64,000 nucleotides of DNA. Origin: Bosea sp. (in: a-proteobacteria). GTDB taxonomy: Bacteria > Pseudomonadota > Alphaproteobacteria > Rhizobiales > Beijerinckiaceae. Each line of letters starts with the position of its first letter. Position 1 is the stretch's first letter. The stretch spans positions 422,698-486,697 of the forward strand of contig JAAVVV010000001.1 of the NCBI GenBank assembly GCA_023910605.1, given 5' to 3'. The notes below the pieces were generated by a model. The model was not told the origin of the DNA. It searched no databases and saw only the letters and a list, made by a program, of their open reading frames with translations. The position numbers and the translations under genes are program-made. Positions 1-10,816 of the stretch are shown piece by piece.

Positions 1-200
1 ACGGCCGCCTTGTCGGCGAGATCGAGCGGCACCGCCTCGACCGTGCGCCCCCCCGCAGCGGAAAGCTCGCCCGCCAGCGCCGCAGCCTGCTCGCCCGATG
101 AGCGATAGGTGAAGACCACGTCATGGCCAGCCAGCACCAGCGCGCGCACCACGCCCGCGCCGATGCCCTTGGCTCCGCCTGTCACGAGAACGCGGCTCAT
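1..200 (-). CDS. SDR family oxidoreductase, FabG-like 3-oxoacyl-ACP reductase (5' part; runs off window)
   Basis: Manual translation from ATG at 200: MSRVLVTGGAKGIGAGVVRALVLAGHDVVFTYRSS, with the TGxxxGIG NAD(P)-binding motif. Starts 3 bp after the fabF stop. Confidence 0.85.
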   Translation of the reverse strand, partial: MSRVLVTGGAKGIGAGVVRALVLAGHDVVFTYRSSGEQAAALAGELSAAGGRTVEAVPLDLADKAA

Positions 201-203
201 GGC

Positions 204-1481
204 TCAGGCCGGCTCGTCGGCGAAGACGAGGCAGGTGTTCTGGCCGCCGAACCCGAACGAGTTCGAGATCACGCGCCTCACCGCCGCATCGCGGGCCGTG
301 TTGGGCACCACGTCGAGCGGAATGTTGGGATCCGGCTCGCGATAGTTGATGGTGGGCGGGATGCGCCCGTTGGCGATCGTCAGCATCGAGAACACAGCCT
401 CCACCGCGCCGGCGGCGGTGAGCGTGTGGCCGACCATCGACTTGTTGGAGGAGATCGGCAGGCTGGCCATGCGCGGGCCGAACACGGCGGCGCAGCTCAT
501 CGCTTCCATCTTGTCGTTCTCCGGCGTGGAGGTGCCGTGTGCGTTGACATAGTCGATCTGGTCCGGCTGCAACCCTGCATCCGCCAGCGCGTCCTGCATG
601 GCGATGATCGCGGGCCGGCCATCCGGCGATGAGCGCGTGCGGTGGAACCCGTCGCCCTTCTCGCCGCAGCCGAGCACGAAGCCGAGGATCGTGGCGCCCC
701 GCGCCTTCGCGCTGGCATAATCCTCGAGCACCAGCGCCGCTCCGCCCTCGCCCATCACGAAGCCGTCGCGGTTCTTCGAGAATGGCTTTGAGGCCGCTTC
801 GGGCGGATCATTCTGCGTGGAGAGCGCCGACAGCAGCGAGAAGCGGATCAGCGCCTCGGCATGAACAGAGCCATCCGTGCCGATGCACAGCGCGGCGCTG
901 GTCTCGCCGCGGCGGATCGCCTCCACCCCCATCTGTATCGCGGTCGCGCCCGATGAGCAGGCGGTGGAGAGCGAGATCGGCGAGCCCTTTGTCCCGAACC
1001 TGTCGGCCACCTTGTCCGCCACCGATCCGAACAGGAACAGGGCGTGATAATCGGGATGCCGGCCCCGCGCGGCTTCAGCGAGGAGCCCGTCATAGGTCAC
1101 GGCCTCGCCGCAGGCCGCCGCCAGGATCTGCTTGTGGGGCCATTCAAGCTCGACCGGCGGCACAGCCATGAACAGCGCTCCGGGGAAGTCGCCCGGCTGG
1201 CCGAGCCCGGACTGGGCGATCGCCTCTTCAGCCGCCAGCACGGCCAGGCGCTCGGACAGCTCCGGCGCGGCGAAGCTGCCCTCGAACAGGTCATCCACCG
1301 TGCCGGCGATCGTGGTGCGCAGCCCCGCCACCGGAAAGCGCGTGATCCTGTGAATGCCCGACTGCCCGGCCGTCAGGCGAGCCCAGTTGTCGGCCTTGCC
1401 GCGCCCGAGCGAGGTGACGAGGCCCATGCCTGTCACGGCCACGAGAGGACGCCCATGGGCGTCGTGATAGGGAATCGTCAT
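204..1481 (-). CDS. fabF: beta-ketoacyl-ACP synthase II, lipid A VLCFA cluster (FabF1XL-type)
   Basis: Catalytic TACSSG, NAHGTST and NKSMVGH motifs, C-terminal SNSFGFGG; lies in the acpXL cluster. Confidence 0.9.
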   Translation of the reverse strand: MTIPYHDAHGRPLVAVTGMGLVTSLGRGKADNWARLTAGQSGIHRITRFPVAGLRTTIAGTVDDLFEGSFAAPELSERLAVLAAEEAIAQSGLGQPGDFPGALFMAVPPVELEWPHKQILAAACGEAVTYDGLLAEAARGRHPDYHALFLFGSVADKVADRFGTKGSPISLSTACSSGATAIQMGVEAIRRGETSAALCIGTDGSVHAEALIRFSLLSALSTQNDPPEAASKPFSKNRDGFVMGEGGAALVLEDYASAKARGATILGFVLGCGEKGDGFHRTRSSPDGRPAIIAMQDALADAGLQPDQIDYVNAHGTSTPENDKMEAMSCAAVFGPRMASLPISSNKSMVGHTLTAAGAVEAVFSMLTIANGRIPPTINYREPDPNIPLDVVPNTARDAAVRRVISNSFGFGGQNTCLVFADEPA

Positions 1482-1493
1482 CGGCTCCTCCCT

Positions 1494-2627
1494 TCAGGCC
1501 GCCACGAGGCGCGCGAGGCCCTCGCCACGGTGATGGCCGACCCCGCTGACCAGCGCGGCCGGGCCATCGCCCGCCGACACCAGCGCGGCCGCCAGGGCGA
1601 GCGCGGCAGGAAAGGCGGCTTCAAGCCCGTGTCCGGCCAGATCCGCCACCGCGATGGGCGCGGCGCCAGGCGCGATCTGGGCAAGGGCGATCCGCTCCTC
1701 TGCGGTGGGCGCGCAGGCGCCGGAGGCTGCGGAGACCACAAGATCGTTTGGCCCGATGGGGCCCAGATGCGCGGCCTGCGCCAGAAGCGAGGCGGTGACC
1801 GCGCCGGGTTCGCGCCTGGCATGGCCGGCGCTGACATGATTCAGGCGCGCATGGACCACAGCGCCCCGTGCCGCGGCGCTGGCGGCGGATTCAAGCACGA
1901 TAAAGGCGCCCAGGCTTCCCGTCAGAAGTCCGTCACGCTCCGTGCTGCGTCCGAAGGTTGGCGTTGGCTCGCCCTTGAAGGCCATGCCGCCAAGCTCCAG
2001 CAGCAGCAGCATGTCGCGCCGCTCGGCGTTGTAGGAGCCGCCGACCAGGATCATGTCGGCCTGGCCGGCCGCAATGCGCGCATGAGCGATGCGGATGGCG
2101 TCGACGCCCGCCTGCTCCTCGCCCATGAAGGTTCGCGACGGGCCGGTGACGCCGTGCACGATCGAGATGTTGCCGGCCAGCAGGTTCGACAGCTGGGCCA
2201 GGAACAGCGTGGGCCTGAGATCGCCCATCAGCCGCTCATTGAGGAAGACGCCAGGGTCCGCCGCGCTCTTGAGCCCGCTCAGGATCTGCCCGTCCACCGC
2301 ATGGTCACGCTCGCCGCCGCCTGCGGCCACGATGACCTGAAGCCGGTCCTTGGCAGCGCTGTCATCCTTGACGCCGGCGCTGTCGAGCGCGAGCCCAGCA
2401 GCATAGACGCCGATGCGCTGCCAGGGCTCCATCTGGCGCTGGTCGGACTTCTTGGGTATCTGCCGGTCGAGCTCGACCGCGCCAAGCAGGTGAACCGGAT
2501 AAGGCGCGAAGGCCTCGCGGTCGATCCGGGGCGCAAGCTTGCCGCGCGCCGCATCGCAATGCGCCCCGAGCCCTTCGCCAAGGCTGGAGAGAAGCCCGAT
2601 CCCCGTGATGACGACATCCTGCTTCAT
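1494..2627 (-). CDS. beta-ketoacyl-ACP synthase-like protein (FabF2XL-type), catalytic Cys replaced
   Basis: Thiolase/KS-fold N-terminus DVVITGIGLLSSLG and LFLAQLSNLLAGNISI; MGEEQAG occupies the TACSSG position. Confidence 0.85.
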   Translation of the reverse strand: MKQDVVITGIGLLSSLGEGLGAHCDAARGKLAPRIDREAFAPYPVHLLGAVELDRQIPKKSDQRQMEPWQRIGVYAAGLALDSAGVKDDSAAKDRLQVIVAAGGGERDHAVDGQILSGLKSAADPGVFLNERLMGDLRPTLFLAQLSNLLAGNISIVHGVTGPSRTFMGEEQAGVDAIRIAHARIAAGQADMILVGGSYNAERRDMLLLLELGGMAFKGEPTPTFGRSTERDGLLTGSLGAFIVLESAASAAARGAVVHARLNHVSAGHARREPGAVTASLLAQAAHLGPIGPNDLVVSAASGACAPTAEERIALAQIAPGAAPIAVADLAGHGLEAAFPAALALAAALVSAGDGPAALVSGVGHHRGEGLARLVAA

Positions 2628-3100
2628 GAAGCGGCAGCCCCGGCCTGCTCGGGCACGAGGCCGATGGCGGCAGTGCGCTGGCGCATGAGCTCGCCCAGCG
2701 CGGCCGGGAAGGGCATCAGCCTGAAGCGCAGCTCGGCGTCGCAGACCGGCTTGCCATTCGCCGCGATCCTTGCGCGTGTCGCGGCATAGCCCGAGCCCTC
2801 GACCGTGATCTCGGCCTCGATGACCAGGTCAGCATCGGGCTCGACAAAGCTGCGGAAGCGGGCCTTGTCAACGGCCATGAGGAACGGCATCTGGCTCAGC
2901 CCGTTGAGGCCCAGCACGAGATAACCCGAGGCCTGGGCCATGGTCTCGGTCAGCAGCACGCCGGGAACCAGCGGATGGCCTGGAAAATGCCCCTCGAACA
3001 CCGGCGAGGCGGACGGCACCCTGGCCTCGGCCACGATCCGTTTCGCGGCGGCGTCGAACAGCGCCACCTTGTCGATCATCTCGAAATATTCGAGCCGCAT
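2624..3100 (-). CDS. fabZ: 3-hydroxyacyl-ACP dehydratase (FabZXL-type)
   Basis: FEGHFPGHPLVPGVLLTETMAQ hot-dog-fold motif. Start taken at MRLEYFEMID (ATG 3100). Confidence 0.88.
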   Translation of the reverse strand: MRLEYFEMIDKVALFDAAAKRIVAEARVPSASPVFEGHFPGHPLVPGVLLTETMAQASGYLVLGLNGLSQMPFLMAVDKARFRSFVEPDADLVIEAEITVEGSGYAATRARIAANGKPVCDAELRFRLMPFPAALGELMRQRTAAIGLVPEQAGAAAS

Positions 3101-3173
3101 GCGTGAAACCAGAAGTCCGTTGAAGGGGCCCGCGCCGGTGCGGACGCCCCGTTTAGCGCAAACCTTGCCCAAG

Positions 3174-3211
3174 TGGCAAACACCGCTGGCAAACACCGCT
3201 GGCAAACACCG
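3174..3211. repeat. 13-bp tandem repeat TGGCAAACACCGC, about 2.9 copies
   Basis: Read directly: 3174-3186, 3187-3199, 3200-3211, in the acpXL-fabZXL spacer. Confidence 0.95.
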
Positions 3212-3322
3212 GCATGGGGCGGCTCACGCCGCGGCCGCCCGAAGCGTTCGCCCAAGAAAAAGGCCGGGCAAGCCCGGCCGATGCGCAGCGCAGCAGCCAG
3301 GGCGGCAGCTGGCCCCAGGCGA

Positions 3323-3604
3323 TCACGCGCTCTTGGCGGCGACGAGCCCGTCGATTCGCGAGCACAGGTTATCGAGCACGAAATACTGCTCGGCCGGCGC
3401 CTTGCCCTCGTTCACCTCCTGCGTCCACTGCTCGAGCGGCAGCTTGATGCCGAAGGCCTTGTCCACAGCGAAGGCGATGTCGAGGAAGGCCAGCGAATCG
3501 ATGCCCAGATCGTCGATCGCATGTGATGACGGCGTGATCTTGTCGCGAGGGATGTCGCAGGTTTCGGAAATGATGCCGGCGACGGTCTCGAAGGTGGAGG
3601 ACAT
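3323..3604 (-). CDS. acpXL: specialised acyl carrier protein AcpXL
   Basis: [69 protein letters not shown] is the characteristic AcpXL sequence, with the DSL phosphopantetheine site. Confidence 0.95.
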   Translation of the reverse strand: MSSTFETVAGIISETCDIPRDKITPSSHAIDDLGIDSLAFLDIAFAVDKAFGIKLPLEQWTQEVNEGKAPAEQYFVLDNLCSRIDGLVAAKSA

Positions 3605-3804
3605 GGGCGATTCTTTCGTCAATGCGGGTTTCAGCGGTTCAGCCCGGTTCCGTCGTCATGGTCCCGCAGGGCGCGGGATCGGGGCATGCCGGCACAGTCC
3701 GGGCTCCCGCCTCCAAACTGGAGGCTTCCCTACACGATGAGGGGGGTCGGCGGCAACCGGCTTCACAGGACAGGCCAGGGGCCTCGCAGCCTGGGGGGCC
3801 GGCG

Positions 3805-3830
3805 GGAACCTCTTGTTCGGCTCTCGTGTT
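3805..3830 (+). promoter_or_regulatory. putative EcfG (general stress sigma factor) promoter
   Basis: GGAAC-N17-TGTT, close to the GGAAC-N16/17-CGTT consensus, 47 bp upstream of a GlsB/YeaQ stress gene. Confidence 0.55.
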
Positions 3831-3876
3831 GTGCAGGCGGATCGGACGCCCGGCTCGGACGCGGCGGAGAGGTTAC

Positions 3877-4143
3877 ATGGGCATCATCTGGACCGTCATC
3901 ATCGGCTTCGTGGCGGGCGTCATCGCCAAGCTCATCACCCCTGGCGGCAACGAGCCCTCCGGCTTCATCCTGACCACGGTCCTCGGCGTCATCGGGGCCT
4001 TCGTGGCGACCTTCCTTGGCCAGCAGATCGGCTGGTATCGGGCTGGAGAAGGCGCTGGTCTTATCGGCGCCACGGTCGGGGCGATCATCGTGCTCGTGAT
4101 CTGGAGCGCGTTGTCGCGGCGAAGCGGCCCCACCCGTCTGTGA
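3877..4143 (+). CDS. GlsB/YeaQ/YmgE family stress-response membrane protein
   Basis: MGIIWTVIIGFVAGVIAKLITPG...GFILTTVLGVIGAFVA...GLIGATVGAIIVL; GGAGAG RBS upstream. Confidence 0.88.
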   Translation: MGIIWTVIIGFVAGVIAKLITPGGNEPSGFILTTVLGVIGAFVATFLGQQIGWYRAGEGAGLIGATVGAIIVLVIWSALSRRSGPTRL

Positions 4144-4187
4144 CGGCGTCTTCCATCCCACATCGCCATCTTCCAGGAGTGACTGCC

Positions 4188-4730
4188 ATGGCGTCACGCG
4201 GATTCCCCTCCATGACGGTCCTTCTGGGGCTTCTCGCCGTCGCCGGCTACCAGAACCGCGACAGGATCAGCGGGATGCTGCGCGGCAACCAGGGTTCGGC
4301 GCAGGGCTCCGGCTCCGGCGAACCCTCTGGCGGCCATGAGCCGGACAGGCCAGGTGCTCAGACAGGCGGGCTTGGCGGGCTGCTGGGCTCGCTCGGCGGC
4401 GCCGGGGCAGGCGGCCTTCTCAGTCGCGGCCTTGGCGAGTTGATGGAACGCTTCCAGCAGACCGGCCACCGCGAAACCGCTGATTCCTGGGTCGGCGCCG
4501 GTCCCAACCTGCCAATCGACCCCCGGCAGCTCCAGCAGGCCATCGGCGAGGACACGCTGGCGGAACTCTCTGCCCGGACCGGCTTGCCGCGCGAGGAACT
4601 GATCGCTCGGCTTTCGCGGGAGCTGGCTGACGCTGTTGACCGCTACACGCCCGAAGGCCGCCTGCCGGACCCGGATGGCGACGGCATTCCCGACCAGCCC
4701 GGACCGGGCCGGATGCCGCGCAGGGGCTGA
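4188..4730 (+). CDS. YidB (DUF937) family protein
   Basis: N-terminal PSMTVLLGLLAVAGYQNRD and core SWVGAGPNLPI...ELIARLSRELADAVDRYTPEGRLP; AGGAG RBS. Confidence 0.8.
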   Translation: MASRGFPSMTVLLGLLAVAGYQNRDRISGMLRGNQGSAQGSGSGEPSGGHEPDRPGAQTGGLGGLLGSLGGAGAGGLLSRGLGELMERFQQTGHRETADSWVGAGPNLPIDPRQLQQAIGEDTLAELSARTGLPREELIARLSRELADAVDRYTPEGRLPDPDGDGIPDQPGPGRMPRRG

Positions 4731-4812
4731 ACGGTCCATCCCCTGCAAGCCGTGCAGCAGACGTGAAGAAAGCCGGGCATCGCTGCCCGGCTTTTCTGAT
4801 GATGGGAGAGGC

Positions 4813-7524
<2,712 letters not shown>

Positions 7525-7716
7525 CGGGCAAAATCCTTTTGGGGCAGGCGTTCACAGCAAGGTTCGAACTGACGATCCGGGCGCATGCCGGACCGGTGCT
7601 GAAGGCCCCGGCCATCGTGCCTCACGGCGCCGATGATCGGGCATATGAATGCGCGCCGCCCCGGGGGTGCCCAGGCGCCCGCGCCGGATAAAAGCGCGCG
7701 GCACAGCCGAGCGCTC

Positions 7717-7733
7717 CTTAGACGATTTTGAAA
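7717..7733. promoter_or_regulatory. possible Irr iron-control element (ICE)
   Basis: CTTAGAC-GAT-TTTGAAA matches TTTAGAA-N3-TTCTAAA at 10/14 positions and sits in the divergent acnA/ccmA promoter region. Confidence 0.3.
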
Positions 7734-7808
7734 CGATGCGCTACACAGTCGAAAGACGCAAAGCCGCGCTTGACGCGCAGCGCGCACCGGCTTTCAGATG
7801 CTTGCCGC

Positions 7809-8480
7809 ATGATTGACTCCTCCTTCCGCGCCCAGCTCCTCGTCGAGCGACTGAGCTGCCGCCGCAATGAACGCATCCTGTTCTCGGCCCTGTCATTCCC
7901 GGTCGCCTCCGGCGAGGCCCTGGCCCTGGTGGGGCCGAACGGGGTCGGCAAGACCTCGCTGCTGCGGATGCTGGCCGGGCTCCTGCGCATCGATGAGGGC
8001 GCGGTGTCGCTGAAGCCTGCCGTGCCCGATGCGGAGCTCGCCTCCCGATCCATCTTCATATCGAGCCGCGATCCGCTCAAGGGCTCGCTCACGGTGCGCG
8101 AACTGCTGTCCGGGTGGCGGGCCATGGTCTTCGCAGCCTCGCCTCAGGGCGCGGTCGAGGCAGCGCTTGACGCCTTCGATCTCGCCGGGCTCGCCCATGT
8201 GCCCTGCGCCTATCTGTCATCCGGCCAGCGGCGCCGCGTCTCGCTGGCGCGGCTGCTGCTCGATGATGCGGGGCGTCGCCCGCTCTGGCTGCTCGATGAG
8301 CCGACCAACGCCCTCGACGCCGCCGCACGCCGTCGTCTGGCGGCGGTGGTGGCGCGCCACAGGGCGCAAGGCGGCCTCGTCATCGCCGCCACCCACGATC
8401 CGCTCGAATGGCCGGATCTGGCCACGCTGGATCTCGGGCTGCACCGCGCTGGGAGAGCCCAGGCCGGAGCGGCGGGGTGA
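7809..8480 (+). CDS. ccmA: heme ABC exporter ATP-binding subunit
   Basis: Walker A GPNGVGKT, signature LSSGQRRR, Walker B WLLDEP; first gene of the ccm operon. Confidence 0.93.
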   Translation: MIDSSFRAQLLVERLSCRRNERILFSALSFPVASGEALALVGPNGVGKTSLLRMLAGLLRIDEGAVSLKPAVPDAELASRSIFISSRDPLKGSLTVRELLSGWRAMVFAASPQGAVEAALDAFDLAGLAHVPCAYLSSGQRRRVSLARLLLDDAGRRPLWLLDEPTNALDAAARRRLAAVVARHRAQGGLVIAATHDPLEWPDLATLDLGLHRAGRAQAGAAG

Positions 8481-9142
8481 ACGCGTTCCTCGCCCTGATC
8501 CGGCGCGATCTCGCGCTGGCGCTGCGCATTGGCGGCGGCGCCTCCTTTGCGCTGGTCTTCTTTCTGATGATCGTGACGCTGACGCCCTTCGCCATCGGCC
8601 CCGATCTCAACCTCCTGTCCCGGATAGCGCCCGCCATCCTCTGGCTCGGCGCGGTGCTGGCGACGCTGATAGGGCTCGACCGTCTCTTTCAGGCCGATGC
8701 GGAGGATGGCACGCTGGATCTGCTGAAGGCCGGCGCGCTGCCGCTTGAGGGCGTGGTCCTCGCCAAATGCATCGCGCACTGGCTGACCACCGGCCTGCCT
8801 CTGGCCCTGGCTGCTCCGTTCTTCGGACTGCTGCTGGCCATGGAACCGGCCGGCATGGCCGCGGCCTCGCTGAGCCTGCTCATCGGCACGCCGGCGCTGA
8901 CCTTCATCGGAGCGGTGGGCGCGGCGCTGACGGCCGGCATCCGGCGCGGCGGCGTGCTCATCGCCATCATGGCGCTGCCGCTCATGATCCCCACGCTGAT
9001 CTTCGGCGTGGCGGCCTGCAATGCGGCGGTGGGCGGCACCGTGCCATTCCTCACGCCGCTCGCCATCCTGGCGGCGCTCACGCTCGTCTTCGCCGTCATC
9101 GGCATCGTGGGCGCGGCGGCCGGGCTGCGCCAGAGCGATTGA
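8477..9142 (+). CDS. ccmB: heme exporter permease
   Basis: GTG start overlaps the ccmA stop; IAPAILWLGAVLATLIGLDRLFQADAEDGTLDLL. Confidence 0.93.
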   Translation: MNAFLALIRRDLALALRIGGGASFALVFFLMIVTLTPFAIGPDLNLLSRIAPAILWLGAVLATLIGLDRLFQADAEDGTLDLLKAGALPLEGVVLAKCIAHWLTTGLPLALAAPFFGLLLAMEPAGMAAASLSLLIGTPALTFIGAVGAALTAGIRRGGVLIAIMALPLMIPTLIFGVAACNAAVGGTVPFLTPLAILAALTLVFAVIGIVGAAAGLRQSD

Positions 9143-9153
9143 AGGGCACGCAC

Positions 9154-9176
9154 GCCGCCGCTGCTGCTGCTGCTGC
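9154..9176. repeat. trinucleotide microsatellite (GCC)2(GCT)5GC
   Basis: Read directly in the ccmB-ccmC spacer. Confidence 0.85.
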
Positions 9177-9260
9177 AAAAGCGCGCTTGGGAAAACCCCG
9201 CGGATTGCGCCCGCGCCCCGCGGCGCGTAAATCACGGGCAGGGACACATCACGACCGGCC

Positions 9261-10028
9261 ATGACGCTCATCAACCAGCTCGCCAATCCGACACGCTTCA
9301 TGTCGCTCTCCGGCCTGCTGCTGCCCTGGACGCTCGGGCTGGCAGTGCTGCTCTTCATCATCGGCTTCTACGGCGCATTCTTCACCGCACCGCCCGATTA
9401 CCAGCAGGGCCAGACCATCCGCATCATGTACATCCATGTCCCGTCCGCCTGGCTGGCCATGTTCTTCTACACGTTGATGAGCATCTCCGCGATCGGGGCG
9501 CTGGTCTGGCGCCACCCGCTCGCGGAGGTGGCGCAGAAGGCCGCCGCGCCCATCGGCGCCGCCTTTGCGCTGGTCTGCCTGGTGACGGGCGCGCTCTGGG
9601 GCCGGCCGATGTGGGGAACCTACTGGGTCTGGGATGCCCGGCTCACCTCGATGCTGGTGCTGCTGCTGATCTATCTGGCGATCATCGCGCTGTGGCGCAC
9701 CATCGACGAGCCCGGACAGGCGGGTCGGGCCGTCTCGATCCTCACCCTGGTTGGCTTCGTCAACATTCCCATCATCAAATTCTCGGTCGACTGGTGGAAC
9801 ACGCTCCATCAGCCGGCCTCGGTGTTCCGCATGGACGGCCCCACCATCCACCCCTCGATGCTCTGGCCGCTTCTGGTCTGCGCGCTCGCCTTCTCGCTGT
9901 TCTCGATCTGGCTGCATCTTCTGGCGATGCGCACCGAAATCATGCGCCGGCGCATCAGGACCCTGACAATTCTGGCCGCTGACCGGGCCGATCGGTCCGC
10001 CGCGGCGCTGGGGAGCCCTGCCCAATGA
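9261..10028 (+). CDS. ccmC: heme exporter / heme chaperone subunit
   Basis: YIHVPSAW and the tryptophan-rich WGRPMWGTYWVWDARLT motif. Confidence 0.96.
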   Translation: MTLINQLANPTRFMSLSGLLLPWTLGLAVLLFIIGFYGAFFTAPPDYQQGQTIRIMYIHVPSAWLAMFFYTLMSISAIGALVWRHPLAEVAQKAAAPIGAAFALVCLVTGALWGRPMWGTYWVWDARLTSMLVLLLIYLAIIALWRTIDEPGQAGRAVSILTLVGFVNIPIIKFSVDWWNTLHQPASVFRMDGPTIHPSMLWPLLVCALAFSLFSIWLHLLAMRTEIMRRRIRTLTILAADRADRSAAALGSPAQ

Positions 10029-10186
10029 GCGCTCTGGGTCCCCATGCAGCCTTCATCATCTTCTCCTATGTGGCGGCGATCGCCGTCCTGGGCGGGCTGA
10101 CCGCCTACACATGGGCGGACAACCGCGCCCGCCGGCGCGAGCTGGCCGCCCTCGATCCGGGCGGCGCGGGCAAGGACAGATCATGA
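10025..10186 (+). CDS. ccmD: heme exporter protein D (not in ORF track)
   Basis: Manual translation MSALGPHAAFIIFSYVAAIAVLGGLTAYTWADNRARRRELAALDPGGAGKDRS (53 aa): one TM helix plus a basic tail, with ATGA overlaps to ccmC and ccmG. Confidence 0.85.
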   Translation: MSALGPHAAFIIFSYVAAIAVLGGLTAYTWADNRARRRELAALDPGGAGKDRS

Positions 10187-10782
10187 GCGACGCGCCCGCC
10201 GCGCCCCGGCCCCGCCGGAACTGGCTTTTTCTCGCCCCGCTCGGCTTCTTCGCGTTGCTGGCGCTGCTCTTCCTGTTCCGCCTGTTCGCGGGCGACGCCT
10301 CGCGCGTGCCCTCGGCCCTGATCGGCAAGCCCGCGCCGCAGATGGCCCTGCCCTCGCTGGAAGGGCTGCAGCGTGATTTCCGGCCCGTGCCCGGCATCGT
10401 TCCGGCCGACCTGCGCGACGGCCGTGTCACCATCCTCAACGTCTTTGCGTCATGGTGCGCCCCATGCCGCCTGGAGCACCCCTTCCTGGTCGAGATGGCG
10501 GGCCATGAGGCCGTGCGCGCGGGCAAGGTGCAGGTGCTGGGGCTCAACTACAAGGACGAGCCCGAGAACGCCCGCCGCTTTCTCGGTGCGCTGGGAAACC
10601 CCTACAGCGCGGTCGGCACGGATCGCAGCGGCCGCTCCGCCATAGAGTGGGGCGTCTATGGCGTGCCCGAGACCTTCCTCGTCGGCCGTGACGGCACGAT
10701 CCTGAAGAAGCATATCGGCCAGCTCACCCAGGACAGCGCCAGGGCGCTTCTGGCCGAGGCCGTGGCGGCAAGCAGGCCCTGA
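10183..10782 (+). CDS. ccmG: thiol:disulfide interchange protein DsbE/CcmG
   Basis: NVFASWCAPCRLEH and YGVPETF motifs; N-terminal TM anchor. Confidence 0.93.
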   Translation: MSDAPAAPRPRRNWLFLAPLGFFALLALLFLFRLFAGDASRVPSALIGKPAPQMALPSLEGLQRDFRPVPGIVPADLRDGRVTILNVFASWCAPCRLEHPFLVEMAGHEAVRAGKVQVLGLNYKDEPENARRFLGALGNPYSAVGTDRSGRSAIEWGVYGVPETFLVGRDGTILKKHIGQLTQDSARALLAEAVAASRP

Positions 10783-10816
10783 ACACGCGCCGGGGCAGCC
10801 AGGCCGCCCTGCTCAC

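Noticed and set aside
1044-2789. 581-aa + strand ORF, and similar shadow ORFs at 4636-5964, 6238-7572, 17759-19111, 30679-32130, 46671-48395 and 60129-61859
   Set aside because: Each is an antisense or alternative-frame shadow of a clearly identified housekeeping gene, with low-complexity R/A/G/P-rich translations.
3096-3110. parS-like half site CGTGAAAC near the fabZXL start, and a weak match near 47041
   Set aside because: Only a half palindrome or about 10/16 matches; likely chance.
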